Source: Mayamaea pseudoterrestris (taxonomy: Eukaryota). From it: a stretch of DNA of 64,000 nt. The stretch is from NCBI GenBank assembly GCA_027923505.1, contig BROI01000003.1:186001-250000 (forward strand), read 5' to 3'. Each line of letters opens with the position of its first letter. Position 1 is the stretch's first letter. The notes beneath the pieces are model-generated. The model was given only the letters and a program-made list of their open reading frames with translations, made no database searches and was not told the origin of the DNA. Below are positions 1-12,751 of the stretch, piece by piece. The position numbers and the translations under genes are program-made.

Positions 1-13
1 TGGACGTTACAAC

Positions 14-838
14 ATGTTTTCAATGTATGTGAGTGCCTTGAGCGAAGATACTTCCAGCAAACCTACTAGAAAGGACCTCAAGAATCTACAGTCAGTTCTA
101 GACGATGAGATGGAGCTCAAGATATTCAGAGTGGCGGCTGGACAAGCGTTGGGATTGTTTTATGGAAGCGTCTTTCATGAACATGAAGACGCTGCTGACT
201 TTTTTCGTCAAGCGATAAGCTTGGCAGATGCAGTGTCGGAACGTGAATTGAAGGAATGCAACGCTCACTCCATTTCGAACGACGGCTCTGACATTCGCAA
301 TACCCTTGGCGAGCTGCGAAGCAACTGCAAGGCGAATCTGAATGCCATGGAAAACCCAGCCATGCACCGATTTCGGGTTGGAGAACCTCCCAATCTACCT
401 TCCACCTTTCATCAGCGGTCGGATGGAACGATTGCCGAAACCAAGCCTTACCTGATGGACCTTCCTTCGAACGATCCAAATCGCGCCAAGGTTGGCGGCA
501 GCGATTGCGACCATTGCCTCAAGACATTGGCGGAACTTGCCATTCCAAGGCTGAGCATTTGCACGCGCTGCAAAATGGCCTACTACTGCTCCAAGGAGTG
601 CCAAAAGGCAGCATGGCGAAAGGGTCACAAGGTTGCATGTCGAGCACCCGACCAGCGCGAACGAGGCGATTTGATGAGACTCTTGCCGCTCGGGACGGAA
701 GAGGAACATGTGTCAAAGCTTGTTACATTGGTGGAACAGCTTGCCAATGGGCAGTGGCAAGTCAAGCTAACGACTGCTCCGCATGAAACGTTGATTGTGG
801 ACTCGGATAGACTTGCTCACATTCGGCCCGATAAGTGA
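14..838 (+). CDS. MYND-type zinc finger protein (may be 5'-truncated by the window edge)
   Basis: CDHC...CTRCKMAYYCSKECQKAAWRKGHKVAC is a canonical zf-MYND pattern; the ORF starts at the window edge. Confidence 0.8.
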   Translation: MFSMYVSALSEDTSSKPTRKDLKNLQSVLDDEMELKIFRVAAGQALGLFYGSVFHEHEDAADFFRQAISLADAVSERELKECNAHSISNDGSDIRNTLGELRSNCKANLNAMENPAMHRFRVGEPPNLPSTFHQRSDGTIAETKPYLMDLPSNDPNRAKVGGSDCDHCLKTLAELAIPRLSICTRCKMAYYCSKECQKAAWRKGHKVACRAPDQRERGDLMRLLPLGTEEEHVSKLVTLVEQLANGQWQVKLTTAPHETLIVDSDRLAHIRPDK

Positions 839-1130
839 GGAGTATAGAGTAATCAAACTTCAAATCGTGTATCCTGCTATGCTTGAAGATGCGAGTATCT
901 AGCACTACATATATACCGCAGTAGCTATTTCAGAGACGTCAATATCATAGCTACCAATAACCTTGCTCGGTCCCTCGGTGCAATGCAATTAGGACCTAGT
1001 TTTCAGTGCCGCTGAGTAGAGGAATCTCGAAACTTCGATCGAATTGCATGAGCAAATTCGACGATAACGACGATTCCTCCACATTATTGCCTCACAAAGC
1101 GAGGCAGCATTGAAAATTACCAAAACCACC

Positions 1131-2066
1131 ATGGCTACCAACGGCAAGCCTATAAGTAACGGGAATACTTGTATCAATGATGTCAAGAGTGAAATGAACA
1201 CGCAGCCTCCAGCACTACTCCGGAATTGGCTCCGCCTTTCTGCCTCGGTTCCCTCCATTCGCATCGGTCCACTCGACGTTACCATTACTCTCCTGACGAT
1301 TGCCGCTTTATCGACGCTTCGATTCGCGTTCATGTACATGCTCATTCACGTGTTCCAATGGCCAGACGCAATGATATCCCGCGACGCTGCCGCCAGTCTG
1401 GTTGGAATCTTTCACTCCGTCCTGCTCGTTCCAGCGTTGGCCGCCTGCTTCCTGGCGCACCCCTACAGTCCATCCGGCGCCATGGAGATTAGTCCATTGT
1501 GGTACCAGCGCGCCGTGACGGCGCTACTGCAGTTTTGCACTGGCTACATGATCTACGACGGCACGCTCAACATTCTCATACTCAAGTATCCAAACTACGC
1601 GCCGAGCGATCTCATGTTTCTCGGCCATCACTTGGCGACGACACTGTACATGACGGCGTGTCGTTTGCTGGAGCGCGGCCACCAGTCGGCCATGATGTGC
1701 ATGTTCTTGGGCGAGCTTACCAATCCCTTTCAAAACTCGTACATGGTGGCCGAGTTTGCCCAAACCTTGGAGTGCTGCAATGGACATGTATCGCAGTTGC
1801 TGTTTTCAGTGACGGAATGCGCCTTTTCAAGTATTTACTGTCTCATGCGCGTCATAATTGGCCCCATTTTGTGTTTGCATATTACCTTTGACCTGTGGTG
1901 GCGCGGGCGGCATACCATTCCATGGGGCGTGCTCGTGGTGTGGACCTTGCTCATTTGGGCAGTGATTATTGGAAGCATTCCGTGGATTCAAGATTGCTGG
2001 AGCAAGCTGCAAAAGTACTTGCCGGAAGCAGCGACAGCGCTGCTGAGTAAGAATGAGGAACTGTAG
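1131..2066 (+). CDS. TLC (TRAM/LAG1/CLN8) domain membrane protein
   Basis: Several TM helices; GYMIYD, FLGHH and GELTNPF motifs typical of TLC proteins; first ATG at 1131. Confidence 0.75.
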   Translation: MATNGKPISNGNTCINDVKSEMNTQPPALLRNWLRLSASVPSIRIGPLDVTITLLTIAALSTLRFAFMYMLIHVFQWPDAMISRDAAASLVGIFHSVLLVPALAACFLAHPYSPSGAMEISPLWYQRAVTALLQFCTGYMIYDGTLNILILKYPNYAPSDLMFLGHHLATTLYMTACRLLERGHQSAMMCMFLGELTNPFQNSYMVAEFAQTLECCNGHVSQLLFSVTECAFSSIYCLMRVIIGPILCLHITFDLWWRGRHTIPWGVLVVWTLLIWAVIIGSIPWIQDCWSKLQKYLPEAATALLSKNEEL

Positions 2067-2156
2067 ACATTGTGATAGTTTTATAGATATGCTGCTAGAA
2101 TACATGGTTACTGTTGACGCGATGTAGCTCATGCCAACGACCGCAAGGAGTTGATG

Positions 2157-5100
2157 CTACCTGGTGACGCTTGACGTAGTAGAACGATCGTCATCCTCCA
2201 CTAGAGGCGCCTCTAGCCTTTGCTTTTTGGATCGTAGCTTTCGAAAATCTTTTCCAAATTCCTGGCTGGCAAAGTCAGGCAGCTCCTTGCCCGGATGTGG
2301 GAGCACACCCGAGTTTAAAAAGTACTGGACAAACTGCTCCGGCACGGAGCTAAGAGACTCGGAGACACAGCGGGACGCATTGCCGTGAAACTCGCTGAGG
2401 CGCACAAAGTTGACGCATTCGCGGGCAATAGGTACGCCATTGGAGTGTCGCAACTTGCCAACTTCTGCTCCGGTCAATGTGAGAACCTTGGAGAAATCGC
2501 CAGTTCCAATGCCAATGATCACTATCGACAGTGGCGCATCCTCTGCCGCAGCACAGATTGCATCCATCGTTCCTCGAACATCGTCAATGACTCCAGTCGA
2601 AAGGATTACAAGCGTCGAGTAGCATTGCCGTTCCTCGTTCTTGTGGATTGCTCGGAACATGGCGGCTTGAACAATGTTACTAAGCTGACCGGCCATGCTC
2701 ATCTCCAAATCCTCATTGTCAGTCGCAAACGTTTCGTCGTACGCGCGTAGCAGACCATCAGCTCCATCGAGTTTTTCACCCATGACAAAGCTTGGTTGCC
2801 AGATTTCGCGTATCTTTGCTCCGTAGCCAAACATGGTAAATTCGCGCTCGCCCTCGTAGGCCTGGTAGATGGTGCCAACCTTTCTGATAGCTGCTTGGTA
2901 ATCATTAAGCCAGGTATTGGATCGATAGTGAAGGTTCTTGTCGTCTCGCCAGTCCGAGCCGTTGACGAAGGATGTGCAGTCAACGGCCACCATGAGATCC
3001 ATCTCGCAACCGCCAGCAAAGAACTGAAGCATACTCGGTACTTGCACAACATTGCTTTTTAGTACTTTCAGCGAGCCAGCTTTCTTCAATTTGGTACCGC
3101 CAAATATCTTCTTCTTCTCCTTCATTACGCCAAAAACTGGTATTCCTCCCTTAGCTTTCATGACTAATTCACAGACTGTTGTTTCGACGTAACCTACTAG
3201 CTCCTCTGGCGCGAAACGATTCCATACCCATAGCGTAATCTTAAGAGGACTCGTTGGATCATCGTCACATAGCAATTGTAGCGGTAATCGGGCTGAGTTC
3301 CATGTAGGATGATTATTGTCTCGTATCACCTGCGATAAAAAAAGTACATGGTAGGGGTGAGACAAACGCCAAAAGCAAAGACGACAAATCTTAACGAGCA
3401 GTCGACACGTACCTCTGACTTCCACACGACGATCCAGCTTTGATCTTCAGGATTCAATTTTTCAAGCCGAAAGAAAGGATTGAATTTGTCCAAAACATTT
3501 TTTGCAATGTTAACCTTTTGCATGTTTTCTAGAACGAAGAGTGACGGATCAGTGTAATGCGGCAACGTAGCCACTCACTGCGCCAAATGAGTACTTACCC
3601 AACATCTCCTTTGTAACCTTTTTACCCAGCTTCTGCACACTCTCCAGGACGTCTTTCGTCAAAACGGCCTTGTGCTTACGCTCCAGCAAACCCAGATCCT
3701 GCCCCGAAAAGCGGAATTCCAGTACTTCTCTCGTTTCAATGATCTCCTGCCCAATCAGAGCAACGTACGCTTTCCCTCTATGGAGCGGCCGTGCAATAGC
3801 GCAACCACCGGCTCCCATAAGTTCGCCCAATGTAAATACGCAGCCACCGACAAAATCATGCTCCTTCAAATCGGTCGCATACCGCAAGTCTTCGTCGTAC
3901 ACTCGAATGACATACGTCTGCTCCTCTTGGAACTTATATTCGAGCCGAAACGCAGTTTCAAAGCGTGGATTCTTATTCGCTCGCACTACTTCAGTTCTAC
4001 CAATCTCCTTTTCCTGCTTCAGCGGAAGCTTCGATACTCGCTTGTCCGTACTAAATCCAGGCGGTGCTTCCCACAACCCACAAAACGCGTCAGCTTGACT
4101 AAAACTATCCTTCTTTGGTAGCCTCACACATTCAATGAACAGATCCAGCTTGATATACGGCGCCGTCACTCTCGAGTCCCACGCCAGCCGCGAATCCTGC
4201 CGCCGAACGCCAGGTCGCTTGTGCTTGTTCTGCACCAACCCAGTCACAACGTCCAGCGTTCCCGTGGCAAAGTCCAGTGCCGTTCCTCCCACGGCAGTCA
4301 CTGCTCCCGTGGCAATGTTGACGGTACCCTTGGTGGCGGCCAAACCGGCATTGAGACCAATGTTCACCGTGCCTTGCGCCACGTTCAATGTTTGCTTGGT
4401 CGCCATGACACCAACCTTCAACGTTTGCTTGGTGGCACCCTTGGCGACGTTGAACGTTTGTTTCGTAGCGCCCTTTGTGACATTCAAACTAGCTTTTCCG
4501 GCTGTATAATGTACATGACGGTTGATTTGTCAGTCTCCGATGCAGCGAAATGTCACCAATTCATGTTCGGAAATTGCATCGCGTAACAACATCATCCACA
4601 TTCAAACATACTCACCAGTCGTGACTCCCTTCAAACCACCCTTGGCAGCCGCCTTGGTAATGCCGGTGGCACCTTGAATGCCCTGCTTGGTCACATTCAA
4701 GGATCCCTTGACTCCTGTTGGTCGATTGAATTTATAGCGAGTGCCATTGTGGAGGTGCAATTCAAACGCCAGAGTCATTAACCATTGAACGAGCCAAAAG
4801 AAAATAGAGATGCAAGATTAAAAGTGAGACAATCATCCTTACAAGTAAGCATGAATCGTTTGTTATCAAACGGTAGAAGTGAGTAGACCGCGTATATTGC
4901 TGTTGTTCACCAACATCAAGCAACATGATTTCCGATCACTCATTACCCTCTCATCGTTATCATACACTACATACATGACAAACACATCACAAACACACAT
5001 ACCAGTTTTGGCAATGGACGTGGCTCCCTTGACCCCCGTCTTGGCCGCGTAAACACTTCCCCGCACGCCGCTCGTCGCCACGCGACCAGCACCTTTAATG

Positions 5101-5195
5101 CCGCCCGTCACACCCTTGGTGAAGGTGTTGTGCGTGGCCGACCGCGCCATGTCGGACACGCCGCCAAAGGCGCTGGCGCGGCGGTTGCTGGACAT
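2157..5195 (-). CDS. Copine (C2-C2-vWA) with an N-terminal repeat extension; 5 exons: 5195-5003, 4714-4616, 4501-3599, 3528-3413, 3329-2157
   Basis: C2 motifs (KKDSFSQADAF, IGRTEVV, VYDED, HDFVG) and copine vWA (LMVAVDCT, FGYGA, APLSIVIIGIG, VPEQFVQY); all four GT-AG introns join in phase. Confidence 0.85.
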
Positions 5196-5732
5196 GTTTT
5201 ATTAGTATGTTGTGATGATTATCGGTGCGTGATTAAATTGTCGCGAGGCTGAGTGATTGTGACTGTCGAAACTGTGAGTGACAGCAAGCAGCTAGGAAGG
5301 AAGGAGCACCACTGATGGCTCCTGCCAGGCGGAAATGACAGACGTTACTTTACTAAAGTAATCAGAGTTGTTAAGCTCTCAATCAGCCGAGACAGTACGG
5401 GTAGAAGCGACAAGCAAGCTTCTGAACTCGCTATCATGTACAATACTGATGTGTTGTTCTTTGCTTGTCGCGCCTTTTTGCGTTGATGTCTAGTTGAGTA
5501 CCGGACCGACGTTAGTACCGGTACGATGCTCTGTCATTTTTTCGGTCAGCCGACCACAAATTCAATCGCAACAAAACAACAAAACCAGGACAAAAGGGCC
5601 AGAGCTTTGCTATTTCATAATGAAGGAGCGAGCTAGTAGACGGCAACTATTAAGCCAAGGTTGATTACAAAAATTGCATTAATTGACGCAGGTAAAGCAA
5701 TTCATTGCACCTACATCATCCACAATCGCACC

Positions 5733-6815
5733 ATGAACGACGCGACTACCACCACGACAACCGGCGACAATCAAGAGACTGACATTGCCGTTACCATGGC
5801 AGCAATCCTTGGCACAATGCTACTAATGGTTGCTGGACTTGTGCTCGTCCAGTCGCCATCAAACAAATCATCATTGCTACTCGCCTGCAAGCACCGCGAA
5901 CCATCCAAGCGCGCCTACGAGCAGTGGGTGGCGCTGTACACACCCGTTTGGATACTCGCCTTTGGCGTCATTGTCGGCTTCAAATTGTACGAACATTATT
6001 CCGCAGTTTCTTACTTGGTTGTTTGCGTCGGCTTGGCGCTTCCGTTGCTACTGCAACCAATCATGTATCCCTCCGCCGGTGTGTTCAACTCGCCCGATGC
6101 GCTTCGCCCACTCCACCAGCGATACTCCTTCAAGGCCAATGCATGGATGGCAGTATACTCGTTCATTGGCAACTACTACTACACGCACTACTTTTACTCT
6201 GTTTTGAAGGCCAAATACACCATGCCGGCGCACCGACTCAACAATGTGCCGTTGGCCTTGTACTTTGCCACGCACTTTTACTTTTCGACCTATCACTTGC
6301 TGAGCAACATGATGTTGCGATGGGTGGAAACGTCGTTTGCGTGCACACTGCGACGAAAGTTGCTGTTTGGAGCAGTGATTGTGGCGTTTGCCTACATGAC
6401 GGCGTTTACAGAGACGCTCACCATTTCGGCCTATCCGGACTATAGCTTTGAGAATCGAGAACAAGCGTACACGTTGGGTTCCGCCTTTTACGGAATTTAC
6501 TTCTTGGTGAGCTTTCCGGCCTTTTACTACTTTGATCGAAACGTTGATCATGATGATGACCTTGTTGCATCGACTACTACAAACGGATCCGCTGCTGACA
6601 ATGCAGATACAGTCAATGATGATGACGACTCAACAAGAGCAAGGCCAACGATATCGAGAGGAGTGACCGTTTGGGAAACAGTTGTATCAAGCTGCGGCTA
6701 TGGCATGATCATTTTGACGCTCCTGGATTTTGTGAGGCTGACGCTGCATATTCCACTCGTCATGGAGGTCAGCAATGTTGATAGCGATGGTACCTGCGCG
6801 GCTGCGACTACATGA
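5733..6815 (+). CDS. CPI1: Cycloeucalenol cycloisomerase (cyclopropyl sterol isomerase)
   Basis: KANAWMAVYSFIGNYYYTHYFYSVLKAKYTMPAHRLNNVP and GSAFYGIYFLVSFP match plant CPI1 conserved blocks. Confidence 0.88.
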   Translation: MNDATTTTTTGDNQETDIAVTMAAILGTMLLMVAGLVLVQSPSNKSSLLLACKHREPSKRAYEQWVALYTPVWILAFGVIVGFKLYEHYSAVSYLVVCVGLALPLLLQPIMYPSAGVFNSPDALRPLHQRYSFKANAWMAVYSFIGNYYYTHYFYSVLKAKYTMPAHRLNNVPLALYFATHFYFSTYHLLSNMMLRWVETSFACTLRRKLLFGAVIVAFAYMTAFTETLTISAYPDYSFENREQAYTLGSAFYGIYFLVSFPAFYYFDRNVDHDDDLVASTTTNGSAADNADTVNDDDDSTRARPTISRGVTVWETVVSSCGYGMIILTLLDFVRLTLHIPLVMEVSNVDSDGTCAAATT

Positions 6816-6901
6816 TAAAGCTTCTGTAACTTTGTTAAAGCATGCTGCGTTAAGGTAAAAGGTAAACAATGTAAATGACGCTTTCACCAACCATTGCCTT
6901 A

Positions 6902-7663
6902 TCACTGCTGCTCGTTGCGAATTTGCTCCTCGATGAGTCGCTGCACCGCCACCGCATTTTCGTCGTCTTCATCAATGGCAGCAGCTGCTTCACGTTGCCG
7001 CTGTATATCTCGTCGCTGCTCCCCCCGCGCCTTTTTCCGCGAGCGGCGCGCAGTTCCCTGAGGCGGCGCAGCAGCATTGTGTTCTTCCACGTTTTCCACC
7101 GGTGCTGCTGCTGGCTGGTTTCGAAATGCAGCTCGAACGTCGTCGTGTTCATGATTATCATGGCGATTAACTCCTCCATTATGATAAAAGACGCCACCAA
7201 CATGCTGCGCCAAGAGTTGCTCCGCGTCCACGTCTCCCATCATGCGCTGCATGCCGCGATTGAACACGTGGTAGGCGCTCATTTGGCGCTGAGGATCTTT
7301 TTCGTCATTCAAGCCAATGGTGAATATCAATGCCAAAACAGTCACAATGAGCACGACGGGTCCAGCGTCCAAGTGAGCGTGCACTAGTCGCACAAAGCAG
7401 TAGTAGAGCAAGACGCCAGCAAAAACCTTGACGTGCCACAGCGATAGATCGTTGCGCATCCAATGGTACGAATTTAATAAAAGTCGTTTACATCCTGCAA
7501 CTAATGCTATAGCAATGCCTTGCATTCTTGCACACCACTGATGCAGCTCACGCAAACGAAACGGCTGGAGCTCATAGAGTATGGCTCGCGCCAGTGCGCC
7601 ATGAGAAGTATTTGCTTGGTCCCATAGCTCTCGGGATATCTTGCGCTGTCGTGGTGGAATCAT
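6902..7663 (-). CDS. SAYSvFN-domain protein (SAYSD1-like)
   Basis: TM hairpin followed by MSAYHVFNRGMQRMMG; start codon uncertain. Confidence 0.75.
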   Translation of the reverse strand: MIPPRQRKISRELWDQANTSHGALARAILYELQPFRLRELHQWCARMQGIAIALVAGCKRLLLNSYHWMRNDLSLWHVKVFAGVLLYYCFVRLVHAHLDAGPVVLIVTVLALIFTIGLNDEKDPQRQMSAYHVFNRGMQRMMGDVDAEQLLAQHVGGVFYHNGGVNRHDNHEHDDVRAAFRNQPAAAPVENVEEHNAAAPPQGTARRSRKKARGEQRRDIQRQREAAAAIDEDDENAVAVQRLIEEQIRNEQQ

Positions 7664-7875
7664 ATTGTCGTGTCGAACTTGATTGACAAGGAAACTGTTG
7701 GCGAAACGCATAAGTTATGGCATCGTTCGTCCCTCTCATGGCCGCGCCGCGCCGTCGCGGAGACTTTTCTTGTCGGATCGGTACTTGAGATCTGCCGCTA
7801 CGACATCACTCGAACCTAAGTACCGTTGCGAGTCTAACAATCGCTCGATCGACGTCGCGACGAAAAGCATCGGCC

Positions 7876-9117
7876 ATGAGGATGGCAAAGCGTATCAAAC
7901 GTCACAAACAAGGTCATTGTCGATCATTCTTTAGCTTGAGCATTATATTTATGCTCCTTTCTTGCAGTCGGGCGCTGAGATCAGTCCAATTTTCCGTCCA
8001 AAGGCAACGTCAGTTGCACCATCGTTTCAACATGGCCTCTCATTCGTCGACTTCTTCAACAATCGAAGGTGGTTCCGTCGTCAAGCAATGCCGGCTCATT
8101 GCACTGGTGGATCCCAACGATCCAGCCAATGCGCCTTTGCTTGATAACGCTGACAAGATTCCCGATTTGCAGCTCTTGGCCGCGGGTTCGTCGCTCGACG
8201 ATTTTCGCCTCGACTCGCTCCAAGACGCCAATGCCATTTTCGTCTCGAGTTCCAACGCGCGCGAGCCACTGGCGCAACTACTGCAGGCAATCCCAAGCAT
8301 TGAATGGATCCACACGCGATCCGCCGGCATTGATCACGTTGTTTCAAAGACGCTGTCGGATATTTTCACGTCAAAGCAAGGACGTTTGAGTATGACCAAC
8401 GCCAGGGGCCTCTTTAGCAGCACGCTGGCGGAGTACACGCTCATGGCTTGCTCGTACTACGCCAAGAGTGTGCCACGCATATTGAAACAGCAGCGTCAAC
8501 AACAGTGGACCAAGTTTCCCATTCGCGAGCTGCGGGGATCGACCATGGGAGTTATTGGATGTGGAAGCATTGGCATGGCGTGCGCCAGACTCGCCGTGGC
8601 CTATGGGATGCGCGTCGTTGGACTGAAACGAAGGCGGCGGCGTAGCGAGAGTGATACTAGCAATGACAAAGACGAATTCATTGACAAAGTCCACTACATG
8701 GACGAAGACTCTGATGGTGTCAACAAGATTTTTGCCGCAAGTGATTTCATTGTTTGCGCGGCGCCACTGACGGAGCAGACCCGCCACATGATTGGAGCGT
8801 CCGCCTTTGCGCATGCCAAGCCACACGCCGTCTTTGTCAACGTTGGTCGCGGCCAAGTGGTCGACGAAGACGCCTTGGTTGAAGCGTTGGAGTCGGGCCA
8901 GTTGCGGGGGGCTGGATTGGATGTTGTGGCCACCGAGCCGCTGCCAAAGGAGTCGCGACTATGGAACATGGACAATGTGTTACTGTCGCCTCATAACATG
9001 GACATGACGGAAACCTTCATGCACGAGTCGACCGAGTGGTTTGTTTCGCAAAACTTGCCGCGGTTTGTGAGGGGGTTGGAGCTGGAGAACAAGGTGGATC
9101 CGACGGCTGGATACTAA
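7876..9117 (+). CDS. D-isomer-specific 2-hydroxyacid dehydrogenase, NAD-binding
   Basis: GVIGCGSIG Rossmann motif, FVNVGRG, GAGLDV, EPLP, NVLLSPH; N-terminal targeting-like extension, start uncertain. Confidence 0.9.
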   Translation: MRMAKRIKRHKQGHCRSFFSLSIIFMLLSCSRALRSVQFSVQRQRQLHHRFNMASHSSTSSTIEGGSVVKQCRLIALVDPNDPANAPLLDNADKIPDLQLLAAGSSLDDFRLDSLQDANAIFVSSSNAREPLAQLLQAIPSIEWIHTRSAGIDHVVSKTLSDIFTSKQGRLSMTNARGLFSSTLAEYTLMACSYYAKSVPRILKQQRQQQWTKFPIRELRGSTMGVIGCGSIGMACARLAVAYGMRVVGLKRRRRRSESDTSNDKDEFIDKVHYMDEDSDGVNKIFAASDFIVCAAPLTEQTRHMIGASAFAHAKPHAVFVNVGRGQVVDEDALVEALESGQLRGAGLDVVATEPLPKESRLWNMDNVLLSPHNMDMTETFMHESTEWFVSQNLPRFVRGLELENKVDPTAGY

Positions 9118-9212
9118 TAGCAATGTTATATTAAAAAGCATTCAGTCTTGTGCAAAATCTATCTATTTGTTTATGAAGGTGGTGTAGCGGATGTAGCAAT
9201 GGCCATTGTAGC

Positions 9213-11240
9213 TTAGGGTCGGTCGTCAATATCATCATCGGCGTAGAATAACGAATATAAACCAGCAGTCAGCGCAACAATGCCAAAGAGAATGTAGAAA
9301 ATGGCCACGCCAAAGTCCAGCCACGTGGGAGGCTGTTCCTGCGGGTCGGGTTCCAACGTGGACAAGCCATTGCCCGCATCACCAAATTTTGTGGCGTTAT
9401 CTGGTTTGTCGTCCTTGTGGCGCCCGCTCCCTTCCAGTGGCTCCGAATAATGCTGCCGGTATTCGGGATGCGTCACGACAGTCGATACTTTCGGATCTGC
9501 ATCAATTTTGCCATCGTCCAACACTTTTGCAAGACTAAACTGCACATTACCAATACGAATGGGATGAACGTTTTCCCGGACAAGCTTCTGAACGTGCTTG
9601 GTAAGCGTTTCCTTGCCTATCTTGGCAATGGCACACCAAATTGGAAAGCCCGCAATGTAGTATATGAGCGTTTTCATGACGCCCATGATGGTGCGATTCT
9701 CAACCCTTTGCTTTTCATTTTTTATTTGCTGCTGGCGCTTGACTTCCTCTCCTTCCTGTTGCGATTTAACTAGTGGTGTCGTCTCCACAGCGACCGTCAC
9801 TGAAATCTTTGTATTGCCATTGGCTTCCGATTTGGCCACTGGAAAGAACCAAGAGTTTTGGACCAACTCCAAAAAACGACCGCCATGCACTCCCAAGTAC
9901 AGCATACCTGGCGCAAAATAAGCAATGCATGACCCACCAACAACACCTGCCAGTGCCAACACTGACCCAAGATCACGACAGTAGCATGCAATCGTCACTG
10001 CCGCAACATACAACGCCACGGTTAGCGCTATTCGACGATCGGCACGATCCAGAATGGATGTATCGTTGTCTTGTTGAGCGCTCTGGCCTTCAAACAAGAG
10101 CACCACGCAAACATGCCTCGCCACAAAACTAGCGAGCGGATAGCTCGCAAACATGGTGGCTCCAAGCAAACCATGCGACACCTTGCCAGCCCAGCTATGG
10201 TGACCGAAATTGTTCAAAATGTTTCCTTCCCTCAAATCCATAAAGCCAAGGTAGCCAGCCGATCCGCACACGAGAGCCAAACATACGCACACACCGAGAG
10301 AACACTTTGTGACAATGCTCCAACGTTGCCGCGTTGGATGATTCAAACTCCCAGCCACCAAGAATGCCGACTCTTGACACTCAAAGGCAAACGACAAGAC
10401 TCCCAGTCCGACAAAGATGCTATCATAGTGAATCGTATCTTGACGCATTAACCGCGCCAAACCACCTTGCTCCACCAACGTTTCCTGCCACGGCGCGCAG
10501 TAGGCAACGACTCCCACCAGCATTACGACAATCAAGACGGACAATCGACTCGCCTTGTCCAAGTCGGCCATGTCGCGCAGGCAAGCCAGCGGCAGCTGCA
10601 CGCAAACGCTAACGCCAAGCAGTAACAAATTTTGCAGTGTTGCATCATTAATGTCAAGAAGAAAACTGAAGGAATCCTTGACAATCATCAAATAGCTCAC
10701 CATGGCGCCAAAGCTAATGACAAACATGTTGATCAAAATGAAGCGAAAGCCAGTAAGGCCGTAGCAAGCGTGCGCCAGCGTTTCGTAGGTTGGCGCCTGC
10801 ACGTGCTTGGCCGTTTCGACGAGCAGCCGCAAACTCTTTTCGGCGACGAGACCAACGAGCAGTATGAGCAGGAGGCCAGCGCCGTAACCGGACTGCTTCA
10901 TGGCGTAGGGAATGCCTGCAGTAACAATGAGAATTAAGATGCAAACCGAATATGAGTGACGATTTTGGATTGGTTTGCAAAATGAGCAACGAATATTGGG
11001 TACTGTTCACTGTTCATTCACAATCCGAATCTCTCGCCTTTTATACGCACCGATGATGCCACTGCCAATGATGCAGGCCATCATGTTGCTCGTGCATCCG
11101 ACGAGACCCGACTTGGTTTCGATGGGTTCGTTGTTGCTATTGTCGCTGTCGTCGTTGGCATGAATCGAGCTGCTGCGTCGCGCCACCACCACGGTAGAAT
11201 GGGGATGGAAAAAGGGAGACTTTGGTCGTTGATGGGACAT
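9213..11240 (-). CDS. SLC38/AAAP-family amino acid transporter; exons 11240-11051 and 10915-9213
   Basis: NMMACIIGSGIIG|IPYA joined across an in-phase GT-AG intron; LSFAFECQ, GNILNNF; many TM helices. Confidence 0.88.
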
Positions 11241-11456
11241 GTTAGCGATGCTTTGCTACGTGGCTAATTGAGTACCCGAGCATATATATAATCCTTGGCG
11301 CTGGACTAAACCTGCAGCAATGATGGATGCGAAATGGACGCGATCTGTCGCTTCAAATCTGTGTCGCACCAGCACACAAAGATTCGTCGCAGCGAGAACC
11401 GGTGTGATGAGCACTCGCCGTTCATTCATCCAGACGGCGACACAAAAACGAATGTC

Positions 11457-12751
11457 ATGGCCGAGAACAAGTTCCTCATTTCGTCGAGAGCACGCTCGGA
11501 GCAGCTGAAAGAAAAGCACGATCATTTACGTCAATCAGCTGACGATCGAAACGACTTTTGGCTGGCGCTGCGATCCTATCTCTCCGACTGGAACGACCGA
11601 CTTGATCGAATCGACAAAGAATACGGCGACAAGTGCAATTCATTATCAGAGAATGACAAGCAACTGATACAGCTCGACTTGACAAAACTGAAAGATGAGC
11701 TCACAGAATTGAAGAAGCATTGTCTCTCCAGCCGATCCATTTTCGATCACAGTGCAAACGAACGCCAGCAGCAGCTCCCGACACCGCCGGAAAGTTTGTC
11801 CTTTGGTGATTTGCGCCTGTTGCACGAGGAACTACAAAAACGGCAAAAAAAACTAGACATCATCAAGCTGCGAATTTTACCAAAGGAAAAGTTTGTGTTC
11901 CAGCGATACCGTAAAGCCGTGGAGCAGCTGCGAGCGCAGGGCAAAGACCTTTCGCAGCTCGAGTCGGCAACGTTTGACGCACCATCGACAAAAGGTCAAG
12001 AATCGTTGGCGAGCGCAATTGACTTGCACGGCAGTACAATCCGAGATCTGGATCAAGTGTCTATTCAAGTGGAAAAAGATGGTACCATGCGAATCCAATC
12101 CACAATTGCTTCGGAGAATGCGGCTACTGCTGTGACTACACTAAATTTGGTCGGAGCAGTCGTTCTCCGAGATATTAGCCATTCAACCATTGAACTGTGG
12201 GTTTGATTGACCGGTTTCTGTGCAATAACTCATTCAAAAACGTCGGGTACTAACGATTCTGCTCTTCCAACTTTCACCACAGACATGGATCATATCCCTC
12301 CATTCACATGATCAACGTCAACAATTCATCAATACATGTGAATCAATTCATAGCTGGAGCTGTTCATGTCACCTCATGCCATCATACGCGCCTTTCATTC
12401 AAGTCGCAGCAGTTGCGGCTCCACGAGTCGACCAATATGAGTTGCTACACATGTGCTGCCACCATTTTGGAGGACTGCAGACACATTCACTTCTACTATG
12501 AAACTACAGGAGCAACACCAGACGTGAAGGATTTTAGCTTTTTGAAAGATTGTATCCAGAGCCCCAATTTCGATGTGCATTGCATCGAGGTTGGCGACAA
12601 CGTGCTTACTGCAACAGTCGCGGTGGAACGTGTTCTAAATCATACGCCAAGTCCATGTGAGCAACCCAACTCGACTGTGACCGCAATCATTGAGTCTACC
12701 GGTAATTCTTCAGCTGCCGACGATGACGACGACGAAGAGGACGAGTTGTAG
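11457..12751 (+). CDS. TBCC: Tubulin-specific chaperone C-like protein; intron 12197-12282
   Basis: Helical N-domain ending LPKEKFVF, then beta-helix motifs GAVHVTSC, QQLRLHES, ILEDC, VKDFSFL; the intron restores frame. Confidence 0.75.

Noticed and set aside
12737..12751. C-terminal EDEL on TBCC as an ER retention signal
   Set aside because: No signal peptide and TBCC is cytosolic; it is simply the end of an acidic tail
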